The position numbers and the translations under genes were made by a program. DNA of 34,009 nt from Christensenellaceae bacterium (GTDB taxonomy: Bacteria; Bacillota; Clostridia; Christensenellales; DTU072). The stretch covers positions 1 through 34,009 of the forward strand of contig JAITQU010000095.1 of NCBI GenBank assembly GCA_031288735.1, given 5' to 3'. Below the pieces are notes generated by a model. That model saw only the letters and a list, made by a program, of their open reading frames with translations. It was not told the DNA's origin and did not search any database. Below, one piece after another: positions 1-10,431 of the stretch; position 1 is the stretch's first letter, and each line of letters begins with the position of its first letter.

Positions 1-112
1 CTTTTTTTGCTGTTATAAATTATAATCCTTATTCGAAATTAGCACCATTTTTAGCTATGTCTTTAAGGTCTTTTTTCACCCCTAAAAACGACAATTAATT
101 ATACAACTGACC
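1..112 (-). repeat. Terminal segment of a multicopy element (probable IS end); inverted copy of 33893..34004
   Basis: 1..112 is the exact reverse complement of 33893..34004. Identity stops sharply at GGTCAGTTGTATAATT, next to AT-rich flanks. Confidence 0.9.
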
Positions 113-134
113 TTTAAAACAGTAACAGTAAGTG

Positions 135-333
135 GTTACTTCACACCTCAACTGAATTATTAGTCTATGATGCTAAATCTAAAACAAATATCTTAAGTTG
201 CTATTCTAATGAACTTTTTCTGTTTGACATGATTGTGTTTTTGCCCTTTCTGATAGAGCAGTGACATTTATAAAAATATCATGTAACGTGAGAACTTTAA
301 CCCTGTTTTTCCATAGAGGGTGTGAACAGTAAC
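135..333. mobile_element. MITE-like element, copy 1 (TIR GTTACTGTTCACACC)
   Basis: Left end GTTACT--TCACACC (2-nt deletion), right end GGTGTGAACAGTAAC. The interior is colinear with 13579..13779. Confidence 0.7.
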
Positions 334-499
334 CAAAAAATTTGTCATCGAGAATTATGCAAATATTTTTGTTGTAAAAAGTTAATGTTTGTGATATACT
401 CAAAATACTTTTCGATTAGAAGAGCTAAAAAAAAGACGTGCATTAGTGTTGATTTGTTTAACCACATGTACTATCTTTGTTGTGTGCGGAGTTGTATTT

Positions 500-1174
500 A
501 TGAATTTTAAAAACCTGCGAAAACAGTTTTTTGCTATACCTAACATCCTTACGTATATAAGAGCTTTACTCATTCCCGTAACTATGTGGCTAATCATATC
601 TAAAGACACTTACATCTTTAAATCGGATGCGTTTCCAGTCGGCTTTCCTTTGATTGGTCTCTTGGTGTTGTTATTAGCTGCAACTACTGATGTTTTTGAT
701 GGCATGATCGCAAGGAAATTCAATCAAATAACTGAGTGGGGGAAGATGATTGACCCTGTTGCAGACAAACTAATGCATTCTCTTACTGCACTTGCGTTAG
801 CTATTGCTGGGCATCTGCATTGGGCATTTTTTATTGTTCTTGTAGCAAAAGAAGTATTCATGGTTGTATGGGGGGTATATCTCCTTTCAAATTCGAGAAT
901 TATACAAGCCAATATGCTAGGCAAGGTTGCATCAACGGCTATTTCAATAGGTGTCTTTATGACATTTTTTCATGATTTCTTTGCGAAAAAAGTTTTTTAT
1001 CTCGATTGGATCATTGTCGGTATTGGTATTCTCTTAACTTACATGGCGTTTGCAAATTATTGTTATCAAGCAATTAAAATAATACTTGAAATTGTTAGAG
1101 AAAAGAAAAAAGGATCACTTAATATTGACACCAGTGGCGAGACTACTGGTGAAAATACCGAAAAAAAAGATTAA
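500..1174 (+). CDS. pgsA: CDP-alcohol phosphatidyltransferase (phosphatidylglycerophosphate synthase-like)
   Basis: PNILTYIR N-terminal motif; DGMIARKFNQITEWGKMIDPVAD matches the CDP-alcohol signature; hydrophobic. GGAG precedes ATG at 500. Confidence 0.8.
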   Translation: MNFKNLRKQFFAIPNILTYIRALLIPVTMWLIISKDTYIFKSDAFPVGFPLIGLLVLLLAATTDVFDGMIARKFNQITEWGKMIDPVADKLMHSLTALALAIAGHLHWAFFIVLVAKEVFMVVWGVYLLSNSRIIQANMLGKVASTAISIGVFMTFFHDFFAKKVFYLDWIIVGIGILLTYMAFANYCYQAIKIILEIVREKKKGSLNIDTSGETTGENTEKKD

Positions 1175-1414
1175 GGTGATTTACTTTTTAAAGACTTACA
1201 GCTGTTATTCTAAACATATCTAATGAAATCAGTAATGCTTTGAGTCTAGATATCTCAATATTTTTAGCTGTCCTTATATAAAAGTCATAAGAACCACAAA
1301 TTTTGCACAAATCAATGTATGAGCCTTGATTTAGAATTTAGTATTAAATAGTATGAAATAACTAATTTGAGGTCAATATACATTGTAAATATTTACAACA
1401 CGGAGATGAAAAAA

Positions 1415-4039
1415 ATGTCATTACCAAAGCATTTCGATCCTGCTTCTTTCGAGAATGCAATTTACAAAAATTGGGAGGATAAGGGTTATTTCACACCAGA
1501 GATAACAACAGATAAATCACCGTTTTGTGTTGTAATTCCGCCACCTAATATTACTGGGCAGCTTCATATGGGACATGCACTAAATAGCACACTGCAGGAC
1601 ATTATAATAAGACATAAGCGCATGCAAGGCTTTGCAACACTGTGGTTGCCAGGCACTGATCATGCAAGTATAGCGACAGAAACAAAGATAGTAGGAAAAT
1701 TAAAGGAGGAAGGATTATCAAAGGCAGATGTTGGGCGTGATGCATTCTTAGAGCGTGCTTTCAAATGGAAGGATCAATACGGAAGGCTCATTGTTGATCA
1801 ACTTAAAAGACTAGGCAGTTCCTGTGACTGGTCACGAGAAGCATTCACAATGGATGAAAAATGCTCAAAAGCGGTAAAGGATGCATTCGTAAGATTATAT
1901 CATAAAAAAATGATTTATCGTGGCAAACGAATGATAAATTGGTGTCCGTGTTGTAAAACGGCACTATCAGATGCAGAAGTAGATTACAGCGCAGAAAATT
2001 CCTATTTATGGTATATAAATTATCCATTTGTCGATGATAGCGGCTTTGTAACTGTAGCAACAACTCGACCAGAAACTATTCTAGGAGATGTAGCCGTTGC
2101 GGTGAATCCTGAGGACCCTAAATATAAGGAGGTCATAGGAAAGCATCTTAAATTACCACTAACAAGCAAGACGATACCAATAATTGCTGATAATTATGTT
2201 GAAATTGAATTTGGTACAGGTGCAGTTAAAATCACACCAGCACATGATCCTAACGATTTTGAAGTAGGTTTAAGACATAAACTTCAACTAGTTAATGTAA
2301 TGGATGATGCTGGCTATATGAATAACAATGCAAATGAGTATGCTGGCATGAATAGATTTGAGGCTCGTGAGAAAATTGTAACGGATTTAGAAAAGCAGGG
2401 ACTACTCGAAAAAATCGAACCCTATACTCATAATGTAGGTCATTGTTCAAGGTGTGACAGTGTAGTTGAGCCTAGAGCAAGTTTGCAATGGTTTGTAAAA
2501 ATGCAAGCACTTGCAAAGCCTGCAATAAGAGTAGTCAAAGAAAGGAAAATAGTGTTTATTCCAGATAGATTTTCTAATGTCTACTTAAATTGGATGAACA
2601 ACATAAAAGATTGGTGCATCAGTAGACAATTGTGGTGGGGGCATAGAATCCCTGCATGGTATTGTACTGAATGTAATAATATTATAGTAGATGCTAATAC
2701 ACCAACGCATTGTAGTAAATGTGGTTGCACAAATTTAATACAGGATGAGGATGTGCTGGATACATGGTTTAGCAGTGCACTCTGGCCATTCTCGACACTA
2801 GGTTATCCAGAAATGACGGCGGATTTAAAATATTTCTATCCCACTAATGTCTTAGTTACAGGGTATGACATAATATTTTTCTGGGTAGCACGAATGATTT
2901 TTTCTGGGATAGAGCATATGGGTGAAATCCCATTCCCTGAAGTCTTAATTCATGGACTTGTTAGAGATGCTGACGGTAAGAAAATGTCCAAATCTGCAGG
3001 CAATGGCGTAGATCCAATAGAGATAATTGATCGATTTGGTGCCGACACACTGCGGTTTAATATATGTACTGGAATGGCACCAGGTGCTGATATTCGTTAT
3101 AGCGAAGAGAAAATAGAAAATTCAAGAAATTTTCTAAATAAATTATGGAACTCTGCAAGGTTTGTTCTAATGAATTCAGAAAACGTAAAGCTACCAGAAA
3201 TAGGAGAATTTTCGACAAACTCAGCAGATAAATGGATTCTATATAAGATGAATTCAGCAATTTCCGAGGTAAGTATCAATCTTAAAAAGTATGATATAGG
3301 TTTAGCTGGATTAAAATTGTATGATTTCATCTGGAGTGATTTTTGTGACTGGTATATAGAATTGTGTAAAGCAAATATCTACGGAAATGATGTTAAGGCT
3401 CGAGAAAGATCGCTTGCCGTTCTAATGTTTGTTTTGAAAAACATACTTAAACTCTTGCATCCATTTACTCCATTCATAACAGAGCGAATATGGCAGGAAG
3501 TTGGTGAGAATAGAACAATCATGCTAACAAAGTATCCTTCTAATAATTCAAAGTTTTCCTATTTAAAAGATTTTAAACGTTTCGAATCTATTAAAGAAAT
3601 AATCCGAGCTGTTCGCAATATCCGTGCCGAGTATGATGTTGCACCATCTAAGACGTTAAGTCTATTTATCTTGTCAAATGAAAAAATATATATAAAAAAG
3701 AATTTGCAGTTTATAAACAAACTAGCCAACATTTTAAATGTAACCTTTATCGCTGACAAGGGAGAAATAACCGAAAAAACAGTTGGTGTCTCTTTGGACG
3801 GTATTGAACTCTATGTTCCGCTAGGCGAAATAGTGAGCTTTGAAAAAGAGATAACACGATTAAATAAAGAAATTCAAAAGGTCAAAGAGGAAATATCGAG
3901 AAGTGAGAAATTATTAAACACTCAAGGATTTGTAGCTAAGGCGCCTAAAAATCTAATTAGCCAAGAGACAGAAAAATTGAAAATTAATCGAGAGCTCTGT
4001 TTTAAGCTTGAGTCTCGTGTCAGCGAAATGAGTAAGTGA
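1415..4039 (+). CDS. valS: Valine--tRNA ligase
   Basis: PPPNITGQLHMGH (HIGH), DWCISRQLWWGHRIP, KMSKS and a C-terminal coiled coil. GGAG at 1402-1405 suggests a start at ATG 1415. Confidence 0.97.
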   Translation: MSLPKHFDPASFENAIYKNWEDKGYFTPEITTDKSPFCVVIPPPNITGQLHMGHALNSTLQDIIIRHKRMQGFATLWLPGTDHASIATETKIVGKLKEEGLSKADVGRDAFLERAFKWKDQYGRLIVDQLKRLGSSCDWSREAFTMDEKCSKAVKDAFVRLYHKKMIYRGKRMINWCPCCKTALSDAEVDYSAENSYLWYINYPFVDDSGFVTVATTRPETILGDVAVAVNPEDPKYKEVIGKHLKLPLTSKTIPIIADNYVEIEFGTGAVKITPAHDPNDFEVGLRHKLQLVNVMDDAGYMNNNANEYAGMNRFEAREKIVTDLEKQGLLEKIEPYTHNVGHCSRCDSVVEPRASLQWFVKMQALAKPAIRVVKERKIVFIPDRFSNVYLNWMNNIKDWCISRQLWWGHRIPAWYCTECNNIIVDANTPTHCSKCGCTNLIQDEDVLDTWFSSALWPFSTLGYPEMTADLKYFYPTNVLVTGYDIIFFWVARMIFSGIEHMGEIPFPEVLIHGLVRDADGKKMSKSAGNGVDPIEIIDRFGADTLRFNICTGMAPGADIRYSEEKIENSRNFLNKLWNSARFVLMNSENVKLPEIGEFSTNSADKWILYKMNSAISEVSINLKKYDIGLAGLKLYDFIWSDFCDWYIELCKANIYGNDVKARERSLAVLMFVLKNILKLLHPFTPFITERIWQEVGENRTIMLTKYPSNNSKFSYLKDFKRFESIKEIIRAVRNIRAEYDVAPSKTLSLFILSNEKIYIKKNLQFINKLANILNVTFIADKGEITEKTVGVSLDGIELYVPLGEIVSFEKEITRLNKEIQKVKEEISRSEKLLNTQGFVAKAPKNLISQETEKLKINRELCFKLESRVSEMSK

Positions 4040-4422
4040 TAGAAAACATGACAAGGTAAAACCATGATAAATAAAGTAAATACCTAGGTCTAGACTAAAA
4101 TTAAAAGATCAATTTATGTTTAGTTTGATAGGAGTTGCCGATTTTTAAGATATATCACACAATTTAGCTATCTTGGATTTTCATGTTTATTAATGCTAAT
4201 TATGTGTGGCTATTCGAATGAAATGTAATTTTTTTACCATACCTATCGATATGATTTTTGTGTGTTTTAAGCACTCTGTAAGTAAGCAACTAAATCCGTG
4301 AATTTTTCCTACATCTGAATTTTGTAATCTAACTTTCAATTTATCAATTTTTAAAAAATCTCTTCGCTAAATCAAGCATTTTTAGAATTTGTTCCTGCTT
4401 TTTGTAGATACGTTAGCGAAGT

Positions 4423-4468
4423 TTTTTATTATACTTCCCCCTATTTACACATATTAATATACACTCCC
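4423..4468 (-). mobile_element. Orphan IS256-like left end
   Basis: The - strand reads GGGAGTGTATATTAATATGTGTAAATAGGGG..GTATAATAAAAA, nearly identical to the sequence starting at 33719 on +. Family assigned by resemblance to Bacillota IS256 termini. Confidence 0.55.
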
Positions 4469-4488
4469 AAAGTTACCTAAAAAATGCT

Positions 4489-5781
4489 CTAGATCAAATC
4501 AAGTATTTTTTTTAAGAGAGTTTTGTTTTCCTCTGGTAGTTTTAGAGGAGATTCAAATTGTTTCTTCCTGTTGTTTAATTGCACTCCATAAATCATGCCT
4601 ACAGCAAGGAATAAATAAAAATCTCGAGTTGTGTCCATATCAAGAGTCATGCCAGCAAATATGAGACCCACGATTACTATCCACGCAAACGGATTTGTGT
4701 TCTTAGCAGAGTAATATACTAAGAGCGTTAAAAGCACTATAAATAGTGGAAAGCCTAATAAACCGCCTCCTATAAACAATTTCAGATACATATTATGAGG
4801 TAGTATCCCAGACCATTCCTTAGCTAAATATATATACGTTTCAAAATCCCTTCCAACACCAAAGAATATATTTTCGAGTGGGGCAGCCGTAAGAGAATAT
4901 AAATAGTTACCCCATATAATCGTTCTCCCACTCCCAGTCCCTAGATTTGAAATATCAAATCGATCCGCAGTTGCTGGATATGAAAAGGACACTACTAATG
5001 CTAATATAATAGCTGATGTTGCAACTGACCAAAAAACGCGCGGGCTTTTTAGTAAATAAGGTAGAAAGGAGAGACCTATTACCGCAACGTTTGCAAGAAA
5101 GCCACCTCGAGAGCCAGAGCGGATGATGTAAAACATTACGATGTTTAAGGATACCAAGTTCAAAATAAGATTCTTCCCCTTACATATCATTCGAGACATG
5201 TATGCAGTGCAAATAATGAATCCGCAAGCGAAATAATTAGGATCGACAGAACGTGCCATTTCAAACGAGTCAAAAGTTTGACTGTCAAATATCAGTTTAA
5301 TGATGCAGGTCATTGCAAGAACATAACAACTTATTTCAATAGCGCCCTTGAAAAGTTTGAAGTCGACTTCAGAATATTGATAAGTAAATAAGAAAAGAAA
5401 AAGTGCACCGTATAAAATAAACTTAAAGTCAGGAGAGTAAGTCCTAAAATAAAAAATTTCGATTATGTTAGAAACACAATAGTACAGATAAAACAATGTG
5501 GCAAATGCTATTACTGACTTTGAAGCAGAATCTGGATATAGTCTGTCTCTAACACTCAATACCGCAATTTTTATGCTAGTTCTATTTTTTATTGTTCTTA
5601 CAATCCATTTTATTAGTTTAATGAAGTTTAGGACTAAAAGCATTAAAATGATAGCATTTATTATAGCTAATTCTTTAAAAGGTAGTACTAGAACATAATC
5701 TATCGGTGCGATTACTAAGTAAGCGCACATGAGAAGATTCGCTAAATTAAGGTCGTGTTTTTTTAATAAATTTTTAATCAT
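4489..5781 (-). CDS. O-antigen ligase / Wzy polymerase-like membrane protein
   Basis: Many hydrophobic segments; DPNYFA, SGSRGG, GSGRTIIW, FFGVG and PHNMYL motifs typical of the Wzy_C/WaaL family. Confidence 0.85.
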   Translation of the reverse strand: MIKNLLKKHDLNLANLLMCAYLVIAPIDYVLVLPFKELAIINAIILMLLVLNFIKLIKWIVRTIKNRTSIKIAVLSVRDRLYPDSASKSVIAFATLFYLYYCVSNIIEIFYFRTYSPDFKFILYGALFLFLFTYQYSEVDFKLFKGAIEISCYVLAMTCIIKLIFDSQTFDSFEMARSVDPNYFACGFIICTAYMSRMICKGKNLILNLVSLNIVMFYIIRSGSRGGFLANVAVIGLSFLPYLLKSPRVFWSVATSAIILALVVSFSYPATADRFDISNLGTGSGRTIIWGNYLYSLTAAPLENIFFGVGRDFETYIYLAKEWSGILPHNMYLKLFIGGGLLGFPLFIVLLTLLVYYSAKNTNPFAWIVIVGLIFAGMTLDMDTTRDFYLFLAVGMIYGVQLNNRKKQFESPLKLPEENKTLLKKILDLI

Positions 5782-5820
5782 TAACGTGCTCCAAAGGCTT
5801 TAAAATTGAATCTTTATATG

Positions 5821-6035
5821 GGCAACCTCTAAAAATAATGTTTTTTCATGACCATTTAGAAAAAGGCTTTTAAATTTTCCAGCTAAAAATATTTATTCCT
5901 AATTTAACTAAATAATGCAACTATGTATACTTGAAACCAGTAGTAAGGGCATCTGGTGCGAGAAATACACGTTTTAGCTGAAACTGAACTCAGGCAAGTC
6001 CATAGCGAAACACTAGGAGGTTTTTAGAGGTTCCC
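5821..6035. mobile_element. 215-bp MITE with IS5-like terminal inverted repeats
   Basis: GGCAACCTCTAAAAA (5821-5835) and TTTTTAGAGGTTCCC (6021-6035) form a 14/15 inverted match. No ORF and no clear TSD. Confidence 0.6.
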
Positions 6036-6116
6036 TAGGGATAAAGTTATAAGGTTTAACGCTAAGTCGTTGAATTACTAACCTATTAAAAATCCCAGTA
6101 AAGATTTGATTAAATC

Positions 6117-7232
6117 TCAAGTTATTTCGAGTTGTTTACAATAGAATTTCAGTAGATCGCAGGACGCAAGTTTAATATCAAAGCCTGCATGACGCAGTTT
6201 TTGTATGTTGTCAGTCTTATGAGTATTTGATGTGATTTGATTGATATGATCAGCCCAAATGCTAGGGGATTCTAAGCTTAGCATAGTTATTGAATCAGTT
6301 ATCATTATTTCGGTGGTCAAAGTATCAGACACAAGCGTAGGTAGTCCGTTTGCTTGAGCCTCTAATGTTACTACAGGAAATCCTTCAATAAGTGACGGTA
6401 AAACAAAGACATCGCTAGCACTCAGCAAGCCACCTATGTCTCCACGATTCCCTGTCATAATTACATGATTTTCAAGACACATGTCCTTAATTTCTTGGCT
6501 AACATGGTCCTTTAGTTCTCCATCTCCTACAAGAAGGAGCTTTAAATTCTCATTTTTATTAAGACACTCTTTAAGGATTGAAAGAACAAATGAGTGGTTT
6601 TTTAATTTTGAGAATCTTCCTATATGGCATATTACAAATTCATTTGTCAAACCGAATTCTGCTCTTTTAGAAAGTCTCATCTCTTCACTAAAGCAAAAAT
6701 CAGACAAACAGATTGAATTTGGAATGAATCGAAACTTTTTTGAATTAAGAATTTTTTTACCAAAAATTACAGATCCTGATTTTTTTGAGCACGCAAAGCA
6801 ATAATCAGATATGCTAGACAAATTGTGAGATATAATGCGGTTGCGGATTGATTTAAAAAAGGAATTAGAAAACTTATCGCTGTGCGCATGCGTTATGCAA
6901 ACCTTTGTACCATATCGTCTAGCAATTGGAAAAATTAGACGGCTAACTAAGATTTCATGACAGTGCACAATTTGATACTGGTCAGCGTGCTCACGGAAAA
7001 AATTTTTAATGTCGTTTTTTGATTTGGCATATGAGAAAATGCCAGGTCGCTCAAAGTAGAAAACATTACCCCCAGCAGAGAACACCTCAGAGTCGTAGTT
7101 TGATGGCGCATGATAAAAGCAAAGAAAATCAATCGTCAAGTTTGATTTGTCAAAATTTCTAAAATAATTCATAGCAACGTTTGCTATTCCACTACTTTGG
7201 TTGAGAGATGATAATACATATAAAACATTCAT
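6117..7232 (-). CDS. GT4 (GT-B) glycosyltransferase, EpsF-like
   Basis: HIGRFSKLKN, LLVGDGEL and DVFVLPSLIEGFPVVTLEAQANGLP (EX7E) motifs. Confidence 0.92.
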   Translation of the reverse strand: MNVLYVLSSLNQSSGIANVAMNYFRNFDKSNLTIDFLCFYHAPSNYDSEVFSAGGNVFYFERPGIFSYAKSKNDIKNFFREHADQYQIVHCHEILVSRLIFPIARRYGTKVCITHAHSDKFSNSFFKSIRNRIISHNLSSISDYCFACSKKSGSVIFGKKILNSKKFRFIPNSICLSDFCFSEEMRLSKRAEFGLTNEFVICHIGRFSKLKNHSFVLSILKECLNKNENLKLLLVGDGELKDHVSQEIKDMCLENHVIMTGNRGDIGGLLSASDVFVLPSLIEGFPVVTLEAQANGLPTLVSDTLTTEIMITDSITMLSLESPSIWADHINQITSNTHKTDNIQKLRHAGFDIKLASCDLLKFYCKQLEIT

Positions 7233-8294
7233 TTAGAATCCGTCCACTATGCTTTTAGCATTACAATAGTCTATTGCTTCCTTAATTCCATCTCTAAGTG
7301 GAATTTTTGATATAATACCTAGCTTTGATATTTTAGAGCAGTCAACAAGCGTATGTTCAAATTTTGCATATCCCATTTCTTGATTTGTGTTTTGTAAAAC
7401 AACCCTTACATCCCCATATTCAGCGCATATGGATGCAAATTCGAATATACTCATATCGCTATCAATAGAAGCTACATTATACGACTCCCCACATTTGCCT
7501 TGCGTAAGCAAGGATAGTGATGAGCTGGTTAAATCGAAGACATTACAAAATGAAAATTTTGTAATACCTTTTGTAAATAGGACGATATCATCTTTTTTAG
7601 CAGCAGAGCGAATAAAGTGGGAAACCGCCCTTTCATCAGAGTCAATTAATGTTAAACCATATGTCTTAGCTGGACGAACAACAATATAATCAAGGCCAGA
7701 TTCGTACATCTGAGAAAGACATAATAATTCGCCAATACGTTTGCTTTCAGGATAAACGGATCTAGGATCGTCTAATTTCAAATATCCTTGCTGATTTTCA
7801 AAAAATGGTCCCTGTGATGGAAGAGGGTTTCCATAGACTTCAACAGAGGATAAATAAAGAAACCTAGTTGCTTTATTTCTTACAGCACACTGTATTGCTG
7901 ATTTAGTAAGTTCAATGTTAGTAATTAACGTCTGAAGCGGTGCTTTTTTGAACAGTGATGGATATGTTACAGCAGCGCAATGGATTATATAGTCAACAGG
8001 TCCGTTTAAATCAATATGCCCTACGCTATCACATCCTATAAGCTTTAGATTTTCATAAGGCAGGTATTTTTTTAATAAGCAACAAAGCTTTTCTAAATTT
8101 CGGCCACATGCAAAGATTTTTATATTTGCATCAAAACTTAAATTGAGAAACATAATAGTGTCAATGAAAGCTTGACCAATAAACCCTGATGCCCCAGTAA
8201 TTAGAATTGATTTTCCAAAAAGCGCATTGACATGCAGTATATCATTACACACCATAGAAAGTCTGGTATTTAATATTTCTGTTTGTGATCTCAT
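7233..8294 (-). CDS. NAD-dependent epimerase/dehydratase/reductase (extended SDR), probably supplying the alditol-phosphate
   Basis: GASGFIG Rossmann motif, SSVEVYG and YPESK (YxxxK). Overlaps the upstream cytidylyltransferase stop by ATGA. Confidence 0.88.
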   Translation of the reverse strand: MRSQTEILNTRLSMVCNDILHVNALFGKSILITGASGFIGQAFIDTIMFLNLSFDANIKIFACGRNLEKLCCLLKKYLPYENLKLIGCDSVGHIDLNGPVDYIIHCAAVTYPSLFKKAPLQTLITNIELTKSAIQCAVRNKATRFLYLSSVEVYGNPLPSQGPFFENQQGYLKLDDPRSVYPESKRIGELLCLSQMYESGLDYIVVRPAKTYGLTLIDSDERAVSHFIRSAAKKDDIVLFTKGITKFSFCNVFDLTSSSLSLLTQGKCGESYNVASIDSDMSIFEFASICAEYGDVRVVLQNTNQEMGYAKFEHTLVDCSKISKLGIISKIPLRDGIKEAIDYCNAKSIVDGF

Positions 8295-9052
8295 AGCAAT
8301 TGAGAACTATCCCTTTTATCAAAAAATGCGCGAAAGACGAAAAAGTCTTCTGGCGTTGTTAGTTTAATGTTATCGGATCGACATTCAACAATGTGAATTG
8401 CAAAATCGCTATAATTTGAAATAAGCGCACATGAATCAGCGAAATCCTTCCTTTCCTCTTCTATAGCTTTCTTATGTGCCATAACTATATCACCTAATAA
8501 AAAACTTTGAGGTGCACGTGCAATCCATAATCTAGATTTGTCAGTTAATGCAGTTATTTTCCCATCCTCAGCTACTACAACGCTTTCAGACTCTTTTACA
8601 GCAGAGACAGCACACCTGTATTTTTTTACACATTCAATGTTTTTTTTAATCAACTCTGAGTCAATAAAAGGGCGGACACCATCGTGTATTAGAACGATAT
8701 CACAATCCTTGTAAAATTTTTGAGCTTTTAATAATCCGTTGTATATTGAGTCTTGTCCACTTTGTCCACCGGCTGTTATAGCTTTAATTTTAGAAATATT
8801 GTATTTAGCTATGACATCATTAGCATATTCAATTTGATCTGGTGATACGACAACAATGATCCCATCGATTTCAGTGCACCCTTCAAATACTTCTAGTGTA
8901 TGAATTAATACTGGCTTTCCATGAATTACAAGGAATTGCTTTGGTAGTGCACGAGTATTCATTCGAACACCAGTTCCACCAGCAAATATCACCACAAAGG
9001 CTCGTGTCGATTTAGTATCGGGAAATGTAATATTTGTATTATCGTTTACCAT
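8291..9052 (-). CDS. tarI: IspD/TarI family cytidylyltransferase (likely ribitol-5-phosphate)
   Basis: FAGGTGVRM..PKQFL, LIHDGVRPF and NIKLTTPED motifs. The licD/SDR context favours TarI over MEP-pathway IspD. Confidence 0.8.
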   Translation of the reverse strand: MVNDNTNITFPDTKSTRAFVVIFAGGTGVRMNTRALPKQFLVIHGKPVLIHTLEVFEGCTEIDGIIVVVSPDQIEYANDVIAKYNISKIKAITAGGQSGQDSIYNGLLKAQKFYKDCDIVLIHDGVRPFIDSELIKKNIECVKKYRCAVSAVKESESVVVAEDGKITALTDKSRLWIARAPQSFLLGDIVMAHKKAIEEERKDFADSCALISNYSDFAIHIVECRSDNIKLTTPEDFFVFRAFFDKRDSSQLL

Positions 9053-9173
9053 TATCTCTCCTAAAATTTCATAAGAATTATTAAAAATTCTTAATTTGTT
9101 AAGGTCATTAAATACAAAACAACTATTTAAATAAAAGATAAAGAGTATTCCTTCTTACACTATAAATTCTAAA

Positions 9174-10091
9174 CTAGATTTCAGTATTAATGTCTACTAG
9201 TATTGCAAGGTGTCGCTCTTGCTTATCTATTGGTGGGATTTGCATATAGTCACCATAAAGATTTTCCAGATATTCATCGTATCTTCTAGGAACAAAAAAT
9301 TTAGCGTCTAAAAAATCAACCTCAATCACGCTTGAAAAAAATCCAGACTCAAAGATCTCACGAGAATATGAAATCGCACTCGGTATGCCCTCGCGACCAG
9401 TTTTGTAAAGATATCCAGATTCGATTTTTTTAGTTAATTTAGACCAAAGTTTAACTCCTAATAAACGCGAAAGAAAACCAATACGGCGGCGCATGTTGTA
9501 CCATTTTCGGAGTTCCTTATTCGTCTTGCTTATAGCACTAACAGTGCTAGAGGGATATTTACTATCAAAGCAAAGAGTTAGTAAGCGACTAAATAGATAG
9601 TGTAATTTACTTAGTATAATTGTTTTCTTTTCACTTGCACTGACATTGACAACAGGGAAAACATCGATGAACAAGCCTTTATGTGTAGGGAAATTTTCAG
9701 AGCCGATCTCAACATATTTTGAGTTGTTGAGAAAAATTTTAAACATTCTGTGCGGTGATTTTGTAGTATACGGTGGAACTGCAGTATATTTTTTAGGAAA
9801 TTCAGCTAAAAACGCATTGCACAATCGCGTCATATCATTGTGGTAAATAATAACATCGACATCATCATCCCACGGAATGAACCCTTTATGTCTTATAGCG
9901 CCTAGGCAACTACCACCAGAAAGCATGTAGATAATATTGTGTTTTCGACACACATAGTCTAAATCCTTCAACATCATAAGAAGAGTTGCTTGAACTTTTT
10001 TTACAGTTTCAGCTGGCAAAATGTAGTTACTAAAAATTTCATTATACATTTTTTTTGTGTTCTTGACATTTTCAATCATCTTTACCGACAT
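9174..10091 (-). CDS. licD: LicD family phosphotransferase
   Basis: GGSCLGAIRHKGFIPWDDDVD, FIDVFP and YLENLYGDYMQIPP motifs. Confidence 0.92.
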   Translation of the reverse strand: MSVKMIENVKNTKKMYNEIFSNYILPAETVKKVQATLLMMLKDLDYVCRKHNIIYMLSGGSCLGAIRHKGFIPWDDDVDVIIYHNDMTRLCNAFLAEFPKKYTAVPPYTTKSPHRMFKIFLNNSKYVEIGSENFPTHKGLFIDVFPVVNVSASEKKTIILSKLHYLFSRLLTLCFDSKYPSSTVSAISKTNKELRKWYNMRRRIGFLSRLLGVKLWSKLTKKIESGYLYKTGREGIPSAISYSREIFESGFFSSVIEVDFLDAKFFVPRRYDEYLENLYGDYMQIPPIDKQERHLAILVDINTEI

Positions 10092-10341
10092 CTTCCCTAA
10101 AAGCTAATCTATGTTTCCCTAGATCGATTTAATAGCATTCTAATTTTAAAACAATACTGTATAGGTCGAAACTTAACTTAAAATTATAATAATATTTATT
10201 ACAACTAAAATCAAGTTAATTAACTTTAAATTCAAGTTGAGAGGGACTAAAAAGTAAAAATTCACTTAAAATTTAACAAATACACATATCCATGTTAAAA
10301 TTTAAAGCATTTGACCATATAGTAACGCATTTAATATGTGC

Positions 10342-10370
10342 TTGACAGTGTATATGCAATTTGTTAAAAT
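10342..10370 (+). promoter_or_regulatory. sigma-A-type promoter for the RNase H gene
   Basis: TTGACA, 17 nt, TAAAAT, with an extended -10 TG at 10362-10363. Confidence 0.7.
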
Positions 10371-10431
10371 TAAGTAAATAGTTAAAAACTCAAAAATTTC
10401 TTGTATAATTTTTAGTTATGAGGCGAAACCC

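Noticed and set aside
1175-1414. T-box leader upstream of valS
   Set aside because: Expected in many Bacillota, but I found no GGTGGNACCGCG motif or terminator hairpin.
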